Position numbers and translations under genes: made by a program. A stretch of 51,059 bases of DNA, filler included, from Catajapyx aquilonaris (taxonomy: Eukaryota), in NCBI GenBank assembly GCA_000934665.2. It is 2 parts of 2 records of this genome, joined end to end, with 100 filler letters (N's around TTAATTAATTAA, not from the genome) between each part and the next. Parts side by side here need not be neighbours in the genome. Positions count along the whole stretch, not along the records: positions 1 to 25,480 come from JYFJ02005359.1; 1 more part is not named here. One strand, written 5' to 3'. Positions 1-11,984 of the stretch are shown here, piece by piece (the stretch's first letter is position 1; every line of letters starts with the position of its first letter). The notes beneath the pieces are model-generated. The model did not search any database. It was not told the DNA's origin and saw only the letters and a program-made list of their open reading frames with translations.

Positions 1-10
1 TTCGCTTTAG

Positions 11-94
11 ATGTTTATGGAGACTGACAGCCAGTCTGCTCTGATCCACAGGCACATAGTTATCTGCTCTGAACTTAACACCACGAGCATGTGA
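11..94 (+). CDS. Possible terminal coding exon of an upstream plus-strand gene (MFMETDSQSALIHRHIVICSELNTTSM*; frame not certain)
   Basis: Pyrimidine-rich TTCGCTTTAG acceptor at 1-10, open frame to TGA at 92-94, AATAAA at 99-104. No family recognised. Confidence 0.25.
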   Translation: MFMETDSQSALIHRHIVICSELNTTSM

Positions 95-977
95 TCGAAA
101 TAAATCAATATAATTATTATTTACCAGTAGCAGCAAAATAAATAGCATTTTTCTGCATCATACTTTACTTTCATTCCTGGAGACATATTGCCTTTCACTT
201 TTGGGATAGGTTCCAAACACAGATTAGATTAGGAGGCTCGAGCTCGAGAAGGGTAGATAAGGGAGGAGGGAAAAAAACTCAGCAGATAAGCACGGACGTA
301 CACACACGTGTGTGTGTACACACCTGTGCAATGGATTGCCTAGCCGCCAGGATGAACGAAGAATCTTGCGGACAATCTTTTTGCGTTTCATTGTACACAC
401 CCATACACTACCAACGTTGACATACGGTACAAGGGTACACACCCATACACACACCAATTATACCCCATTGTACAGTACCGTATACGATATTGATATAATA
501 TATCTCGATAGGTGTAGTAGTATGCGATAGAAGTGTAGCAGGCTGTATCTCCGTCATACAAGAACCCTTTCTTCCTTAGCGTGGGATGATAAGAAATTAC
601 TTGCATTATCTTTGCGTTTATTTGTGGTCGATGTTGACAAATAGGCAAGTAGCTCTAAGCAGTCTAAGGTCTGTGGGCAAATATTGAATGAGAATAACAT
701 TCCGTATGGTTCACACGCGTAGCTTCACTCCCACACGTGGGAGTGAAGCGACGCGTATTTCCCATTCGACACAGTCTCTCTCCATAAAGGTCTACTAAAA
801 TAAAACTGAGAAAATGCGGGCTAGACAAGTACGTATAATTGCTGGAGTAGGTGATCAATTCATACATTATGAGCAGCAGGTACAGTGTTTTATCTATCAA
901 GTGCAAGTACAGGCATCGTTATTTTATGATACAAAGAGAAACGCTGTCAAAGATTCCTGAATATTTAGAGGCGCAAT

Positions 978-1870
978 TCACATGTCAAGCATTTTGGCCA
1001 ATCCAGGGCATCTCTGAAACAAAATTGAAACAAAACGTTCAGAATTTTGCGTTATAATTATCTTTCTCATCATGAGCTATACGTGCCACCCACCTCTGTA
1101 ACCACTTTTCTAAAGCATTTCGCCAATTTTGTTAATCCCGTGCAGTTTGGCATCGTTCTGTTTACTTTCACTCCTGGAATATTTGAAAGGCAAGGGATTA
1201 CTCGCCGTATGCGTGCGTGTTTAACATTGTCGCAATAATTGGGCCAAATCCACGTGTCAGCCTGAACGGTGTCGGACATAAATATGATCACCTTTTCCAC
1301 CTTTTCCCTCTTTGGCGCATTTTTTCCACAATTCCCTGAAAGCTTCTTGCATGCCCCCTTCAGGTAGAGATACGATCATTTCCTCCGCCTTCTGCACCTG
1401 GAACTCTCCTTCCTTGGTCAACTATATAGTCACAGAATCGGAGAGGTGACTCAATCGTTCCAATAAGATCACACTCCATAAAATCCATTGTGCCACTTAC
1501 CACTTCCAGTCTTGAGAGCATGCAGTCTGCCAGGCACTGCAATGGGGGAATATCCTATATGTTAAGAGGGATCAACATTTGCTTGGCGCGTTCACATTAG
1601 CGTTAGAATATTAGCATCAAGGAAGAGTAAGAAGTGTTCCTGGTAATTACCAGCCTGTCCTGGCCAAACTCCTTCAGGCAGTCGAGCATGACTTTCATCG
1701 CTGGGTAGTTCTGAGGAGGAGACTCGCAGTCGCCATGGACCAGGCCCACCTGCTTTTAGAGTAGGAAATACACCATAAGTGCAGCTGAAGGTGTCTCCAA
1801 CCATACTATTACTTACCAGCAAGAAAGCGGCCAGGAGCAATAAGGACGAGAGCACTCTAGGAGCAGTCAT
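978..1870 (-). CDS. Obp: OBP-like secreted protein, copy 1 (141 aa, 6 exons, intact)
   Basis: Exons 1870-1817, 1749-1651, 1536-1501, 1421-1301, 1173-1094, 1013-978, all GT-AG. Protein MTAPRVLSSLLLLAAFLL/VGLVHGDCESPPQNYPAMKVMLDCLKEFGQDRL/CLADCMLSRLEV/LTKEGEFQVQKAEEMIVSLPEGGMQEAFRELWKKCAKEGK/GVKVNRTMPNCTGLTKLAKCFRKVVTE/RCPGLAKMLDM*. Signal peptide plus the C-X3-C and C-X8-C hallmarks of insect OBPs. Confidence 0.88.
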
Positions 1871-3144
1871 CCTAATGGAGTAGTCATCCTAATGGAGTCG
1901 GTCCAATGGGACTGTTTGCACAACATCCCAAGGGCGACTTTTATTACATGTCATAAAAGTTAGGCCGATTGACGTACTGCTTCCCTGCAGGATGTCACTT
2001 GCCTTAGAACTAGAATTCTCACTCTCTGTGGGCTCAATAGGAGAGGTGCACACTCAAGTGTCACATTACCGCCATTAGATTTATGTGGCTTCCAACACTG
2101 CCTGGGTTTCAATGAATTGGAATGTGTTAAAGAGCATTGCCGCCATATATATATTCTGCCGAGGGTTACGTGAGCACTGTCATTGTCCTGAGGGTGTTGC
2201 CCGATCAGAGTGATAACATTGGTGATGATGGACGTCGCACTTGGACGACACGAACGTGGCTCAGGAGGGGCAAGTTGAATAGGCGAGAAAATGTTTTTAA
2301 TGTGACGAAAGTCGGTGTTTCACCACGCCATCTTTGTTTCAGAAACTTGGGGGGTGTATTTGGCAATGGCTCGTTTCTCTCAATATAATTATAGTCTCCT
2401 CCGTGCTGCTCTGTAATCAATAGGTAATATTAGGAAGCATTCATTTCACGACATATTCAGACCACAATGGCAAATTTTGCACAATGGCACAATTTGTGGA
2501 GACATAAAAAAGTAATATTTCGAGAGCGACCAATATTCCGTCGGGGTGATGTATAGTGAATCTACAGTATAGCGCAAGGTACTATGATAGTAGTAGTATG
2601 TAGTATGATTGAAGTATAGTGCGTAGATATGTAAATGTAGTCAACGTAGCTAGGTCCGCATGACGCTGTAATGCTGTTAATTATATTTACTGCTTACAGC
2701 CATGCATGCATACGATTGATTAGAAAAATTGCTTAGCCACCTAAAGACGAACTGTTTTCGCCATTTGGCAAAAAGTAAGTGACAATTTACGAGGATCAAT
2801 ACATTGAGAAATGTTGCCGGATTGCATCTTTCGTCCCAGTTTTTGCAAATGGGCACTCCCTCTATTACGTGAAATGATTTAGCGGGATTCCTTCATTAAT
2901 TTAAATTGCGAACCTGCAATATATTATTGTCATTTGCTTACAAGCAGGAGGTTTTCCCCATTGGGCACATACACTTTCCATAAAGGCATACCCAAATAAA
3001 ACCGAGTGAAGACTATAGTTTGACCAGACAGTATATTATAAACAGGTACTTGTGCTTTAACTAGTAAGTGCATGTACAATCTTTGTTGTTGGATGAGACA
3101 AAGAGAAACGCTGTCAAAGATTCCCCGGTGTTTTGAGTCGCAGT

Positions 3145-3969
3145 TCACATGTCGAGCATTTTGGCGAATCCGGGGCATCTCTGAAACAAATATTGAAACA
3201 AATATTCAGCACTTTGTGTTTCATCCCTCTTGCCGTGCCACCCACCTCTGTAATCACTTTTCGAAAGCATTTTGCCATTTTCGTTAATCCCGAGCAGTTT
3301 GGCAGCGTTCTATTTACTTTCACGTCTGGAATAATATTGAAAAGCAAACGATTATTACTCCCCGGATGCGTAGGGCCAACAACACTGTCAGCATGAACAG
3401 TGTCTCACATTTTAAACAAATCCGCACCTTTTCCTCCTTTGGCGCATTTTCTCCACACTTCCCAGAAGGCTTCTTTCATGTCCCCGTCTGGTAGCGAATC
3501 TAGCATTTCCTCCGCCTTCTCCACTTGGAGGTCTCCTCCTTCGTTCATCTAGTCACAGAATCAAAGGTTGCAATAAGGTCGCACTAAATACATTGTTACA
3601 TATTGTACAACTTACCACTCCCAGTTTTCGAAACAAGCAGTCTCCCAGGCACTGCAAGGTGGAATTTAATATCCCGTGTTAGAGGCATCAGCAGTATTTA
3701 TTTTTTTAATTACGAAAGAGTGAGTGAGTGTTACCAGCCTGTCCTGGCCAAACTCCTTCATGCACTCCAACATGGCTTGCGTCGCTGGATGGTTCTGAGG
3801 AGGAGCCTCGCACTCGCCATGGACCAACCCCACATGCTTTTAAAGGTAGGAAGAAGAAGAAGAAGAAGTCCATCAGCTGAAGATAGTGTCACGTGTCTCC
3901 AATCAGATAAATTACCAGCAAGAAAGCGGCCAGGAGCAATAAGGACGAGATGACTATAGGAGCAGACAT
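3145..3969 (-). CDS. Obp: OBP-like secreted protein, copy 2 (reading frame intact; intron-1 acceptor mutated CAG>CAT)
   Basis: Exons 3969-3916, 3833-3735, 3651-3616, 3548-3428, 3325-3246, 3180-3145. MSAPIVISSLLLLAAFLL/VGLVHGECEAPPQNHPATQAMLECMKEFGQDRL/CLGDCLFRKLGV/MNEGGDLQVEKAEEMLDSLPDGDMKEAFWEVWRKCAKGGK/DVKVNRTLPNCSGLTKMAKCFRKVITE/RCPGFAKMLDM*. The canonical acceptor is lost at 3834; an in-frame AAG lies 3 nt upstream. Confidence 0.75.
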
Positions 3970-4437
3970 CCTAATGGAGTCGGTCTAACTACGGACGGTT
4001 TGCGCATCACAACTCCAACCTTTATTACAGGGAGGCAGGATGTCACTCTTGCACAACTAGAATATTATTCTCACGTGCTGCAGGCTCAATTGGGGAGGTG
4101 TCATTCAAAGTACTGTGTCACCTTATCAGCAGAAGATATAATATGTTGGCTTCCTTAACTGCTTGGTTTTCAGCCATTGACATTGCGGTGTGTATATGCC
4201 GGATCATTATTTACGCAATATCCTGTCTGGCGTTTTGTGAGAGCCCTTTTCATTCGGTATTGCCCGAGATAGATAGAATTGGTGTCGATGGACGTCACAC
4301 CAGGGCGACAGGCACGATGGGCCGGCCAAATAGCAGGAAGATAATATTTTACATACCGTACGTGAGAAAAGTCAGTATATGTCCCCAATATGGACAGTTC
4401 CTGTCGGCTGGTATTACAAGTTAGTGTGAACATTATA

Positions 4438-4999
4438 CAGGGTGTTTATTGTAATTCTGCAAAGACTTTCAGGGGTAATAGAGGGGACCAAGACAAGCAT
4501 TTTCGACATAGGAACCCGTGTCCGGAAACGCCCTCTAGAGGGGGTTCATAGACAAGGAACGGGTGCGCTCAGACGCTTCATGCGGGAGGCGCTAGGCGAG
4601 CGGACTGTTTTGTTGATAGATGGTGCTCGGATAGTAAACATCGATGCGATGTGCCATAACCTGGCAACAGCAGAGCCATCTAGCAACTAAAGTACGCCTC
4701 CTAGGAGATGTGTGGATAGCCAACAGCGGATTTGTTGTTGCCAGGTTATGGCGTATCGCGTTGTTGTAAGCAAACAACGATGTGATACGCAATAACCTGG
4801 CAACAACTGCAATCTATCTATCAACAAAACAGTCCGCTCACCGAGCACCTCCCGCGTGACGCGTCTGAGCGCACCCGTTCCTTGCCTATGAACCCCCTCT
4901 AGATGGCGTTTCCGGACACGGGTTCCTATGTCAAAATTTTTTGTCTTGGTCTCCTCTATTACCCCTGAAAGTCTTTGCAGAGTTACAATAAACACCCTG
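4438..4999. mobile_element. Tc1/mariner-type MITE with long TIRs (CAGGGTG...CACCCTG) and TA target duplication
   Basis: About 180-bp inverted arms (4438-4620 vs 4818-4999) flanked by TA. The paralogous upstream regions at ~8910-8945 and ~10990-11020 show the empty site. A second copy lies at 37081-37494. Confidence 0.85.
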
Positions 5000-5831
5000 T
5001 ATAATGGATTAATGGCGCATGTGCGTCACTAGAATGGATATCGCTTTCATAGAATGATATTGAAGCCTGAATAGTGTCCCACGATTAGACGTAAGAGACA
5101 CCACGAGGAATAAAAAGAAGTCTCCTGACAGCTCTCAGGTGTAAATATATTCTTCACGTATACACGTCTGCTCTCTTCTACAGACACTCAACGACTCCTT
5201 ACAAAGTATTTTCAGGGGTATTTTCGGGTAATTTTTGTACTCCAGTACGTACCCGTCCCCGGTACATACCGTCCGCTGTATACATGCGTACCCGGTATGA
5301 ACCCGTCCCTGGTACGCACCCGCCAACCTTACATATAATCTTCCCCTGTGAATATTATTCCTTATTCATCTTTGCATGGCTGCCATCTTTGAAATCTTTC
5401 CGCTCCCTGATTGGCCTCCCTGGTGCATCCCGAGGTTGCCAAATCTCTTCCTAACACACTGCGCAGGCGCCGACAAGCCCCTCCCACCGGCATGGGTCTT
5501 TAACTAGCTGCTTATTACAAGAAGTGGATATCAGTTAGTAGTAAGCTAGCAGGCGCTTATCAGCTGCTAAGTAGCAGTGCTGATAAGTCACTGCTAAGGG
5601 AAAATACGAAAATTCGACCCAAAGACTCTCCAAAAAAGGACTCCCCAATAAAGCCGAGAACATACTAGTTTGACGACAGTATACTAATTTGCGTGGGTGA
5701 TCATTTTAATGCATTCTGGGCAGGTACAGTGCTTTTTCTAGCGAGTGAATGTACAGTACGTAGACGCAGTGTTGTTGAACGAGAAAAAAATGAAACGCTG
5801 TCAAAGATTCCTGAATATTTTGAGTCGCAAT

Positions 5832-6698
5832 TCACATGTCAAGCATTTTGGCCAATCCAGGGCATCTCTGAAACAAAATTGAAACAAAACGTTCAGAATT
5901 TTGCGTTATAATTATCTCTCTCATCATTAGCTATACGTGCCACCCACCTCTGTAACCACTTTTCTAAAGCATTTCGCCATTTTCGCTAATCCCGCGCAGT
6001 TTGGCAACGATCTGTTTACTTTCAATCCTGCAATAGTGGAAATGCCAATGATTATTACTCGCCGTATATAGGTTCAACACTGTCCCAACTGAATGGAATC
6101 CACGTGTCATCTTTAACCATCGTCACCTTTTCCTCCTTTGGCGCATTTTCTCCACACTTCCCAGAAGGCTTCTTTCAGATCCCCATCCGGTAGAGATGCT
6201 AGCAATTCCTCCGCCCTCTCCACTTGGACGTCTCCTCCTTCGCTCACCTAAGTCACAGAATCAAAGGTAATGGTTTCAACAAGTTCACACTAAAACTGTT
6301 ACATATTGTGGAACTTACCACCCCCAGTCTTACGAACATGCAGTCTCCCGTACACTGCGAGATGGAAACATTCAGTGTTTTAGAGACATCGACATTATTG
6401 AACCCACATTTTCAGATTCGTGCCTGCCTGCTTTTTAAATAATAAGAAGGAGTGAGTAAGTGTTCCTTGTTACCAGCCTGTCCTGTCCGAACTCCTTCAT
6501 GCACTCCAACATGGTAATCATAGCTGGGTGGTTCTGAGGAGGAGCCTCGCACTCGCCATGGACCAAACCCACCTATTTTTAAAAGGCGGATGAGGAGGAG
6601 GAGAAGAAGTGTCCCTTGCCTCCAACTAGATTAATTATAATTACCAGCAAGAAAGCGGCCAGGAGCAATAAAAACGAGATGGCTCTAGGAGCAGACAT
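5832..6698 (-). CDS. Obp: OBP-like secreted protein, copy 3 (141 aa, 6 exons, intact)
   Basis: Exons 6698-6645, 6572-6474, 6354-6319, 6247-6127, 6027-5948, 5867-5832, all GT-AG. MSAPRAISFLLLLAAFLL/VGLVHGECEAPPQNHPAMITMLECMKEFGQDRL/CTGDCMFVRLGV/VSEGGDVQVERAEELLASLPDGDLKEAFWEVWRKCAKGGK/GLKVNRSLPNCAGLAKMAKCFRKVVTE/RCPGLAKMLDM*. Confidence 0.88.
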
Positions 6699-7697
6699 CC
6701 TAACTGGTTAGTTCCGAACTGGACTGTTTGCATCACAATCCCAAGGGCGACTTTTATTGCAGGGAAGCAGGATGTCACTTGCGAAACTACGGTTTCGCAT
6801 ACGTTGCAGGCTCAATTGGGAAGGTTTCATGTAAACTGCAGTGTCACATTATCAGCACACATAATAAGATTTATGTGGGGCTTCCTACACTGCTTGGCTG
6901 GTATTATTATAAGTCTGAACATTACATAATGGCACATGTGCGTTACTAGAATGCATATCGCTTCCATATCATGTCCCACGATTAGACGTAAGAGACACCA
7001 CGAAGAATATAATAAGTCTCCGGACGGCTCTCAGATGGAAATTATATATTCTTCTCAACAGGTTGACTCGTCTGCTTTCTTCGACAGACACTCAGCGACT
7101 CCTTCCTTACATTGCATTTTCAAGGGTGGAGCATCCACCAAATATTTCGGGTAATTTTTGTACAGTCATGCAAGATTTATAAAAACACGAGGGGTGTTCA
7201 AAAAAGGACCGAACATTTTAAATAGCTCGTCAATCGGCACAAATAAAAATTGCTTATAGCCACATAGAGACGAACTGTTTCCGCCATTTGGCAGATGCTT
7301 TTCTTGACCGAAAGTAAGTGACCTGTAAGCGACAATTTACGAGAATCAATACACTGAGAAATGTTGAATTCTTTATTCATCATTCTCTCTTCCAATTCTT
7401 TTGCAAATGGGCACTCCTTCTACATGAAATGATTTAACGGGATTATTAATTTCAATTGTGAACCTGCAATTATTGTCAGTTTCTTATAATCAGGAGGGTT
7501 TTTCCCCATTGGGCACAGACACTTTCCATAAAGGCACACCCAAATAACACCGAGTAAAAACTATAGTTTGACCTTTGACCGGACAGTATTATGAACAGGT
7601 ACTTGTGCTTTATCTAGTAAGTGCATGTACAACCATTGTTGTTGGATGAGACAAAGAGAAACGCTGTCAAATATTCCCCGGTGTTTTGAGTCGCAGT

Positions 7698-8469
7698 TCA
7701 CATGTCGAGCATTTTGGCCAATCCAGGGCATCTCAGCAACAAAATTGGAACAAATATTCAGCACTTTGTGTTTCATCCCTCTTACCATGCCACCCACTTC
7801 TGTAATCAATTTTCGAAAGCATTTTGCCATTTTCGTTAATCCCGCGCAGTTTGGCAGCGTTCTATTTACTTTCACGTCTGGAATAATATTGAAAAGCACA
7901 CGATTATTACTCGCCGGATGCGTAGGGTCAACACTGTCAGTATTTAACACATTAAAAAAAATCCGCACATTTTCCTCCTTTGGCGCATTTTCTCCACACT
8001 TCCCAGAAGGCTTCTTTCATGTCCCCGTCTGGTAGAGATGCTAGCAATTCCTCCGCCTTCTCCACTTGGAGGTCTCCTCCCTCGGTCAACAGGAATCAAT
8101 AAAGGTCACTCAAAGGTTGCAACAAGATGGCATTAAATTGTTACATATTGTGCAACTTACCACTCCCAGTTTTCGAAACAAGCAGTCTCCCATGCACTGC
8201 AAGGTGGAAATATTCCGTGTTAGAGGCATCAGCAGGATTGGTTAAATTAAGAAAAAGTGAGTAAGTATTCCTTGTTACCAGCCTGTCCTGGCCAAACTCC
8301 TTCATGCACTCCAACATGGCTTGCGTCGCTGGGTGGTTCTGAGGAGGAGACTCGCACTCGCCATGGACCAGGCCCCACCTGTTTTTAGGAAAAAGAAGCT
8401 CAAGTGTCACTTGGCTCCAGCAAGAAAGTAGCCAGAAGCAAGGACGAGATCAGGATTAGTGGCAGTCAT
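7698..8469 (-). pseudogene. Obp: OBP-like copy 4, pseudogene (paralog of copy 2)
   Basis: All six exons are recognisable, but there is a frameshift in exon 1, the intron-1 donor is deleted, exon 2 starts with an extra G (8373-8376), the exon-4 acceptor is lost (CTG|TTG near 8090) and the exon-6 acceptor is mutated AG>TG (7734-7735). Confidence 0.85.
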
Positions 8470-9889
8470 CCTAATTGAGTCGGCTCAACTATAGGAACTG
8501 TTTGTGCATCACAACTGCAACCTTTATTGCAGAGAAGCAGGATGTCACTTGCATAACTAGAATATTATTCTCACGTGCTGCAGGCTGGGAAGGTGTCATT
8601 CAAACTTCAGTGTCACCTTTATATCAGCAGAAGATATATATGTGGCTTTAACTGCTTGGTTTTCAGCGATTGACGTTGGGGTTTGTATAAGAGCATTATT
8701 TTACGCAATATCCTGTCTGGCGTTTTGTGAGAGCCCTTTTCATTGGGTGTTGCCCGAGACAGATAGGACATTGGTGTCGATGGACATCGCACTTGGGCGA
8801 CACGCACGATGAGCCAGCCAAAGAGCTTGAAGAGAATATTTTACATCGAGCAGAGTCAATATGTCACCACTATGGAGACAAAGGAACCAGTTCCTGTGGG
8901 CTGGTATTATAAGTCTGAACATTATATAACGGCACATGTGCGTCACTAGAATCCACATCGCTTCCATAGAATGATGTTGGACCACCCTGTATATGGCGCA
9001 GCGAGTTCCAGTCCAGAGACTGATTCCATTGCAGCGCCAATGTGGAAAGAGATAACGGCACTCTAGATGGAGGCGAGTGTCCCGACCTATTCTTTGTAAG
9101 GAACAGCGTCCAGAAGGTGTAAAGTAATTTTGAGAATCTCCCACAGGTTTCAAGTTGACCGCACTATTTATTTCCACTTTGACACCAATAATCACATTCG
9201 TAAGTAAGTGATGGATAAGACGATGCAACGGAAACGGTGCATAGGATAATCCAGGGATGTAAGGAAAGTGGACTAAATTTGCTGAAGGACGACTGGTACT
9301 TTCGGCTGTAAGAAGACTGGTGGATGCTGAAGGACAATATAGGTACTATTGGGCTGGTACAACGGATGACCCGGAAACGGCTCGTACTGGGTCACTTTGC
9401 ATGTTGGTCGCCATCTGTGAAATCTTTCCGCTCCCTGATTGGCCTCCCTGGTGCATCCCGAGGTTGCCAAATCACTTCCTAACACACTGCGCAGACGCCG
9501 ACGAGCCCCTCCCACCGGCATGGGTCTTTCACTGCTTCTTACAAGAAGTGGATTTCAGTACGACGAGAATTCCATTTTTAGTAGTAAGCTAGCAGGCGCT
9601 TATCAGCTGCTAAGAAGTAGCAGTGCTGATAGGTCACTGGACTCACTGCTAAGGAAAAAAGACAAAAATTCGACCCAAAGACTCCAAAAACGACTCCCCA
9701 ATAAAACTGAGAACATACCGTTAGTTTGACGACAATATAATAATTTGCGTGGGTGATAATTTTAATGAATTATGAGCAGGTACAGTGCTTTTTCTAGCGA
9801 GTGAATGTACAATTGTACATACACGCGGTGTTGTTGAACGAGACAAAAAGAAACGCTGTCAAAGATCCTGTAATGTTTTAAGTCGCAAT

Positions 9890-10778
9890 TCACATGTCAA
9901 GCATTTTGGCCAATCCAGGGCATCTCTGAAACAAAATTGAAACAAAATGTTCAGAATTTTGCATTACAATTATCTCTCTCATCATGAGCTATACGTGCCA
10001 CCCACCTCTGTAATAACCTTTCGAAAGCATTTTGCCATTTTCGTTAATCCCGCGCAGTTTGGCAGCGATCTGTTTACTTTCACTCCTGCAATAGTGGAAA
10101 TGATCATTACTCCCCATATAGGTTCAACACTGTCCCAACTGAATGGAATCCACGTGTCAGCTTTAAACATCATCACCCAAGTCATCACCATTTCCTCCTT
10201 TGGCGCATTTTCTCCACACTTCCCAGAAGGCTTCTTTCAGATCCCCATCTGGTAGAGATCCTATCATTTCCTCTGCCCTCTCCACTTGGAAGTCTCCTCC
10301 TTCGGTCAACTAGTCACAGAATCAAAGGCCACTTAATGCAGACTTAATGGTTTCAACAAGTTCACACTAAAACTGGTACATATTGTGCAACTTACCACTC
10401 CCAGTTTCCGAAACAAGCAGTCTCCCAGACACTGCGAGATGGAAACATTCATTGCTTTATAGAGACATCGACATTATTGAACCCACATTTTCAGATTCGT
10501 GCCTGTTTTTTAAAATGATCAAAGAAAGAGTGAGTAAGTGTTCCTTGTTACCAGCCTGTCCTGTCCGAACTCCTTCATGCACTCCAACATGGTAATCATA
10601 GCTGGGTGGTTCTGAGGAGGAGCCTCGCACTCGCCATGGACCAAGCCCACCTGTTTTTAAAAGGCGGAGGAGGAGGAGGAGGAGAAGTGCCCCTTGCCTC
10701 CAACTAGATTAATATCATAATTACCAGTAAGAAAGAGGCCAGGAGCAATAAGGAAGAGATGACCCTAGGAGCAGACAT
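9890..10778 (-). CDS. Obp: OBP-like secreted protein, copy 5 (141 aa, 6 exons, intact)
   Basis: Exons 10778-10725, 10650-10552, 10431-10396, 10309-10189, 10085-10006, 9925-9890, all GT-AG. MSAPRVISSLLLLASFLL/VGLVHGECEAPPQNHPAMITMLECMKEFGQDRL/CLGDCLFRKLGV/LTEGGDFQVERAEEMIGSLPDGDLKEAFWEVWRKCAKGGN/GVKVNRSLPNCAGLTKMAKCFRKVITE/RCPGLAKMLDM*. Confidence 0.88.
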
Positions 10779-11275
10779 CCTAACTGGTTAGGTCCAAACG
10801 GGACTGTTCGCATCACAATCCCAAGGGCGACTTTTATTGCAGGGAAGCAGGATGTCACTTGCGAAACCACGATTTCGCATACGTTGCAGGCTCAATTTGA
10901 AAGGTTTTATGTAAACTACAGTGTCACATTATCACACATAATAAGATTTATGTGGCTTCCTACACTGCTTGGCTGGTATTATCATAGGTCTGAACATTAT
11001 GTAATGGCACATGTGCGTCACTAGAATGCGCATATCGCTTCCATAGAATGATATTATTAAAGCCGGTCCCACGATTAGACGTAAGAGAAACCACCAGGAA
11101 TATAATAAGTGTCCGGACGGCACTCAGATGGAAATTATATATTCTTCTCAACAGATTGACTCGTCTGCTTTCTTCGACAGACACTCAGCGACTCCTCACA
11201 GCGTATCTTCAAGAGTGGAGCAACCACCAAATATTTCGCGTAATTTTTGTACAGTCATGCAAGATTTATAAAAAC

Positions 11276-11720
11276 ACAAAGGGTGTTCAAAAAAGGCAAG
11301 AACTTTTTAAATAGCACGTCAATCGGCACAAATAAAAGAGCGTGTTGTGCCTACTGACAGCACCTAGCGACATGTCTTGACAACTAATGCCATTTGCCAC
11401 GTTCAGATATGACCATTGGTCATCGAGATACACCCACGTCGAATTAGTGAGAAAGTGAAAAATAATGAGAGAGCTTGAAAAACATCGACTTTGTGTGATA
11501 TTTCGCTTTAAAAATGGTACAAATTTTACAGAAACATTTCAATTGCTTTGCCAAGCATACTTACGAAGGGTCTCTCCTCGACTAAAAGAGGCACAGATCA
11601 ATCGGTCAAAGGTCAAGGTGATGTTGGTTGTGTATTTGGATTGGAAATGCATTTTTCGTTATGAATTTGAACCATGTTGTCAGATTGGCAGACAAACGGT
11701 GTTGTACTGTGCCAGAATGC
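11276..11720 (+). mobile_element. Internally deleted mariner transposon remnant
   Basis: TIR-like start (GGGTGTTCAAAAAAGG..AACTTTTTAAATAGC; also at 7187-7248). ORF 11465-11776 fuses a mariner N-terminal HTH (ELEKHRLCVIFRFKNGTNFTETFQLLCQAY) directly to the SPRxKxA..RSKVKVMLVVYLDWK..YEF segment of mariner transposases. Confidence 0.8.
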
Positions 11721-11984
11721 GGCTGAACGGCACAGATTTCCTCGTCGTCCCATCATTCAGAATGAAAAGGATGTAAGTCCCGTGCCTTTAAATCGCTCAC
11801 GCGCATCTGTAATGACGTTTTTTCCACCGAACTGTGCTCAACATGATGGCAAAGGAGACTAAGATCAACATTTCCGCGAGTCCGACCACCTTGACGAATT
11901 CACAACGCCGCATTTCAGTTTTTTGCCTCTCCTGTAAAATGTGGTCTCATGGACTTATGACCATTCCATTTTTGGTGATTCAAA

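Noticed and set aside
8379..8410. A 32-nt intron that would restore the frame of copy 4
   Set aside because: Too short for a typical insect intron, it would destroy the signal peptide, and two further acceptors are dead anyway.
8982..9400. Unique insert between copies 4 and 5, with a lone CACCCTGTATA end and splice-like sites
   Set aside because: No second terminus or interpretable reading frame; cannot be classified from sequence alone.
851..10595. Repeated plus-strand ORFs (e.g. 851-1057, 3072-3396, 7625-8035, 9947-10255)
   Set aside because: Antisense shadows of the duplicated OBP genes.
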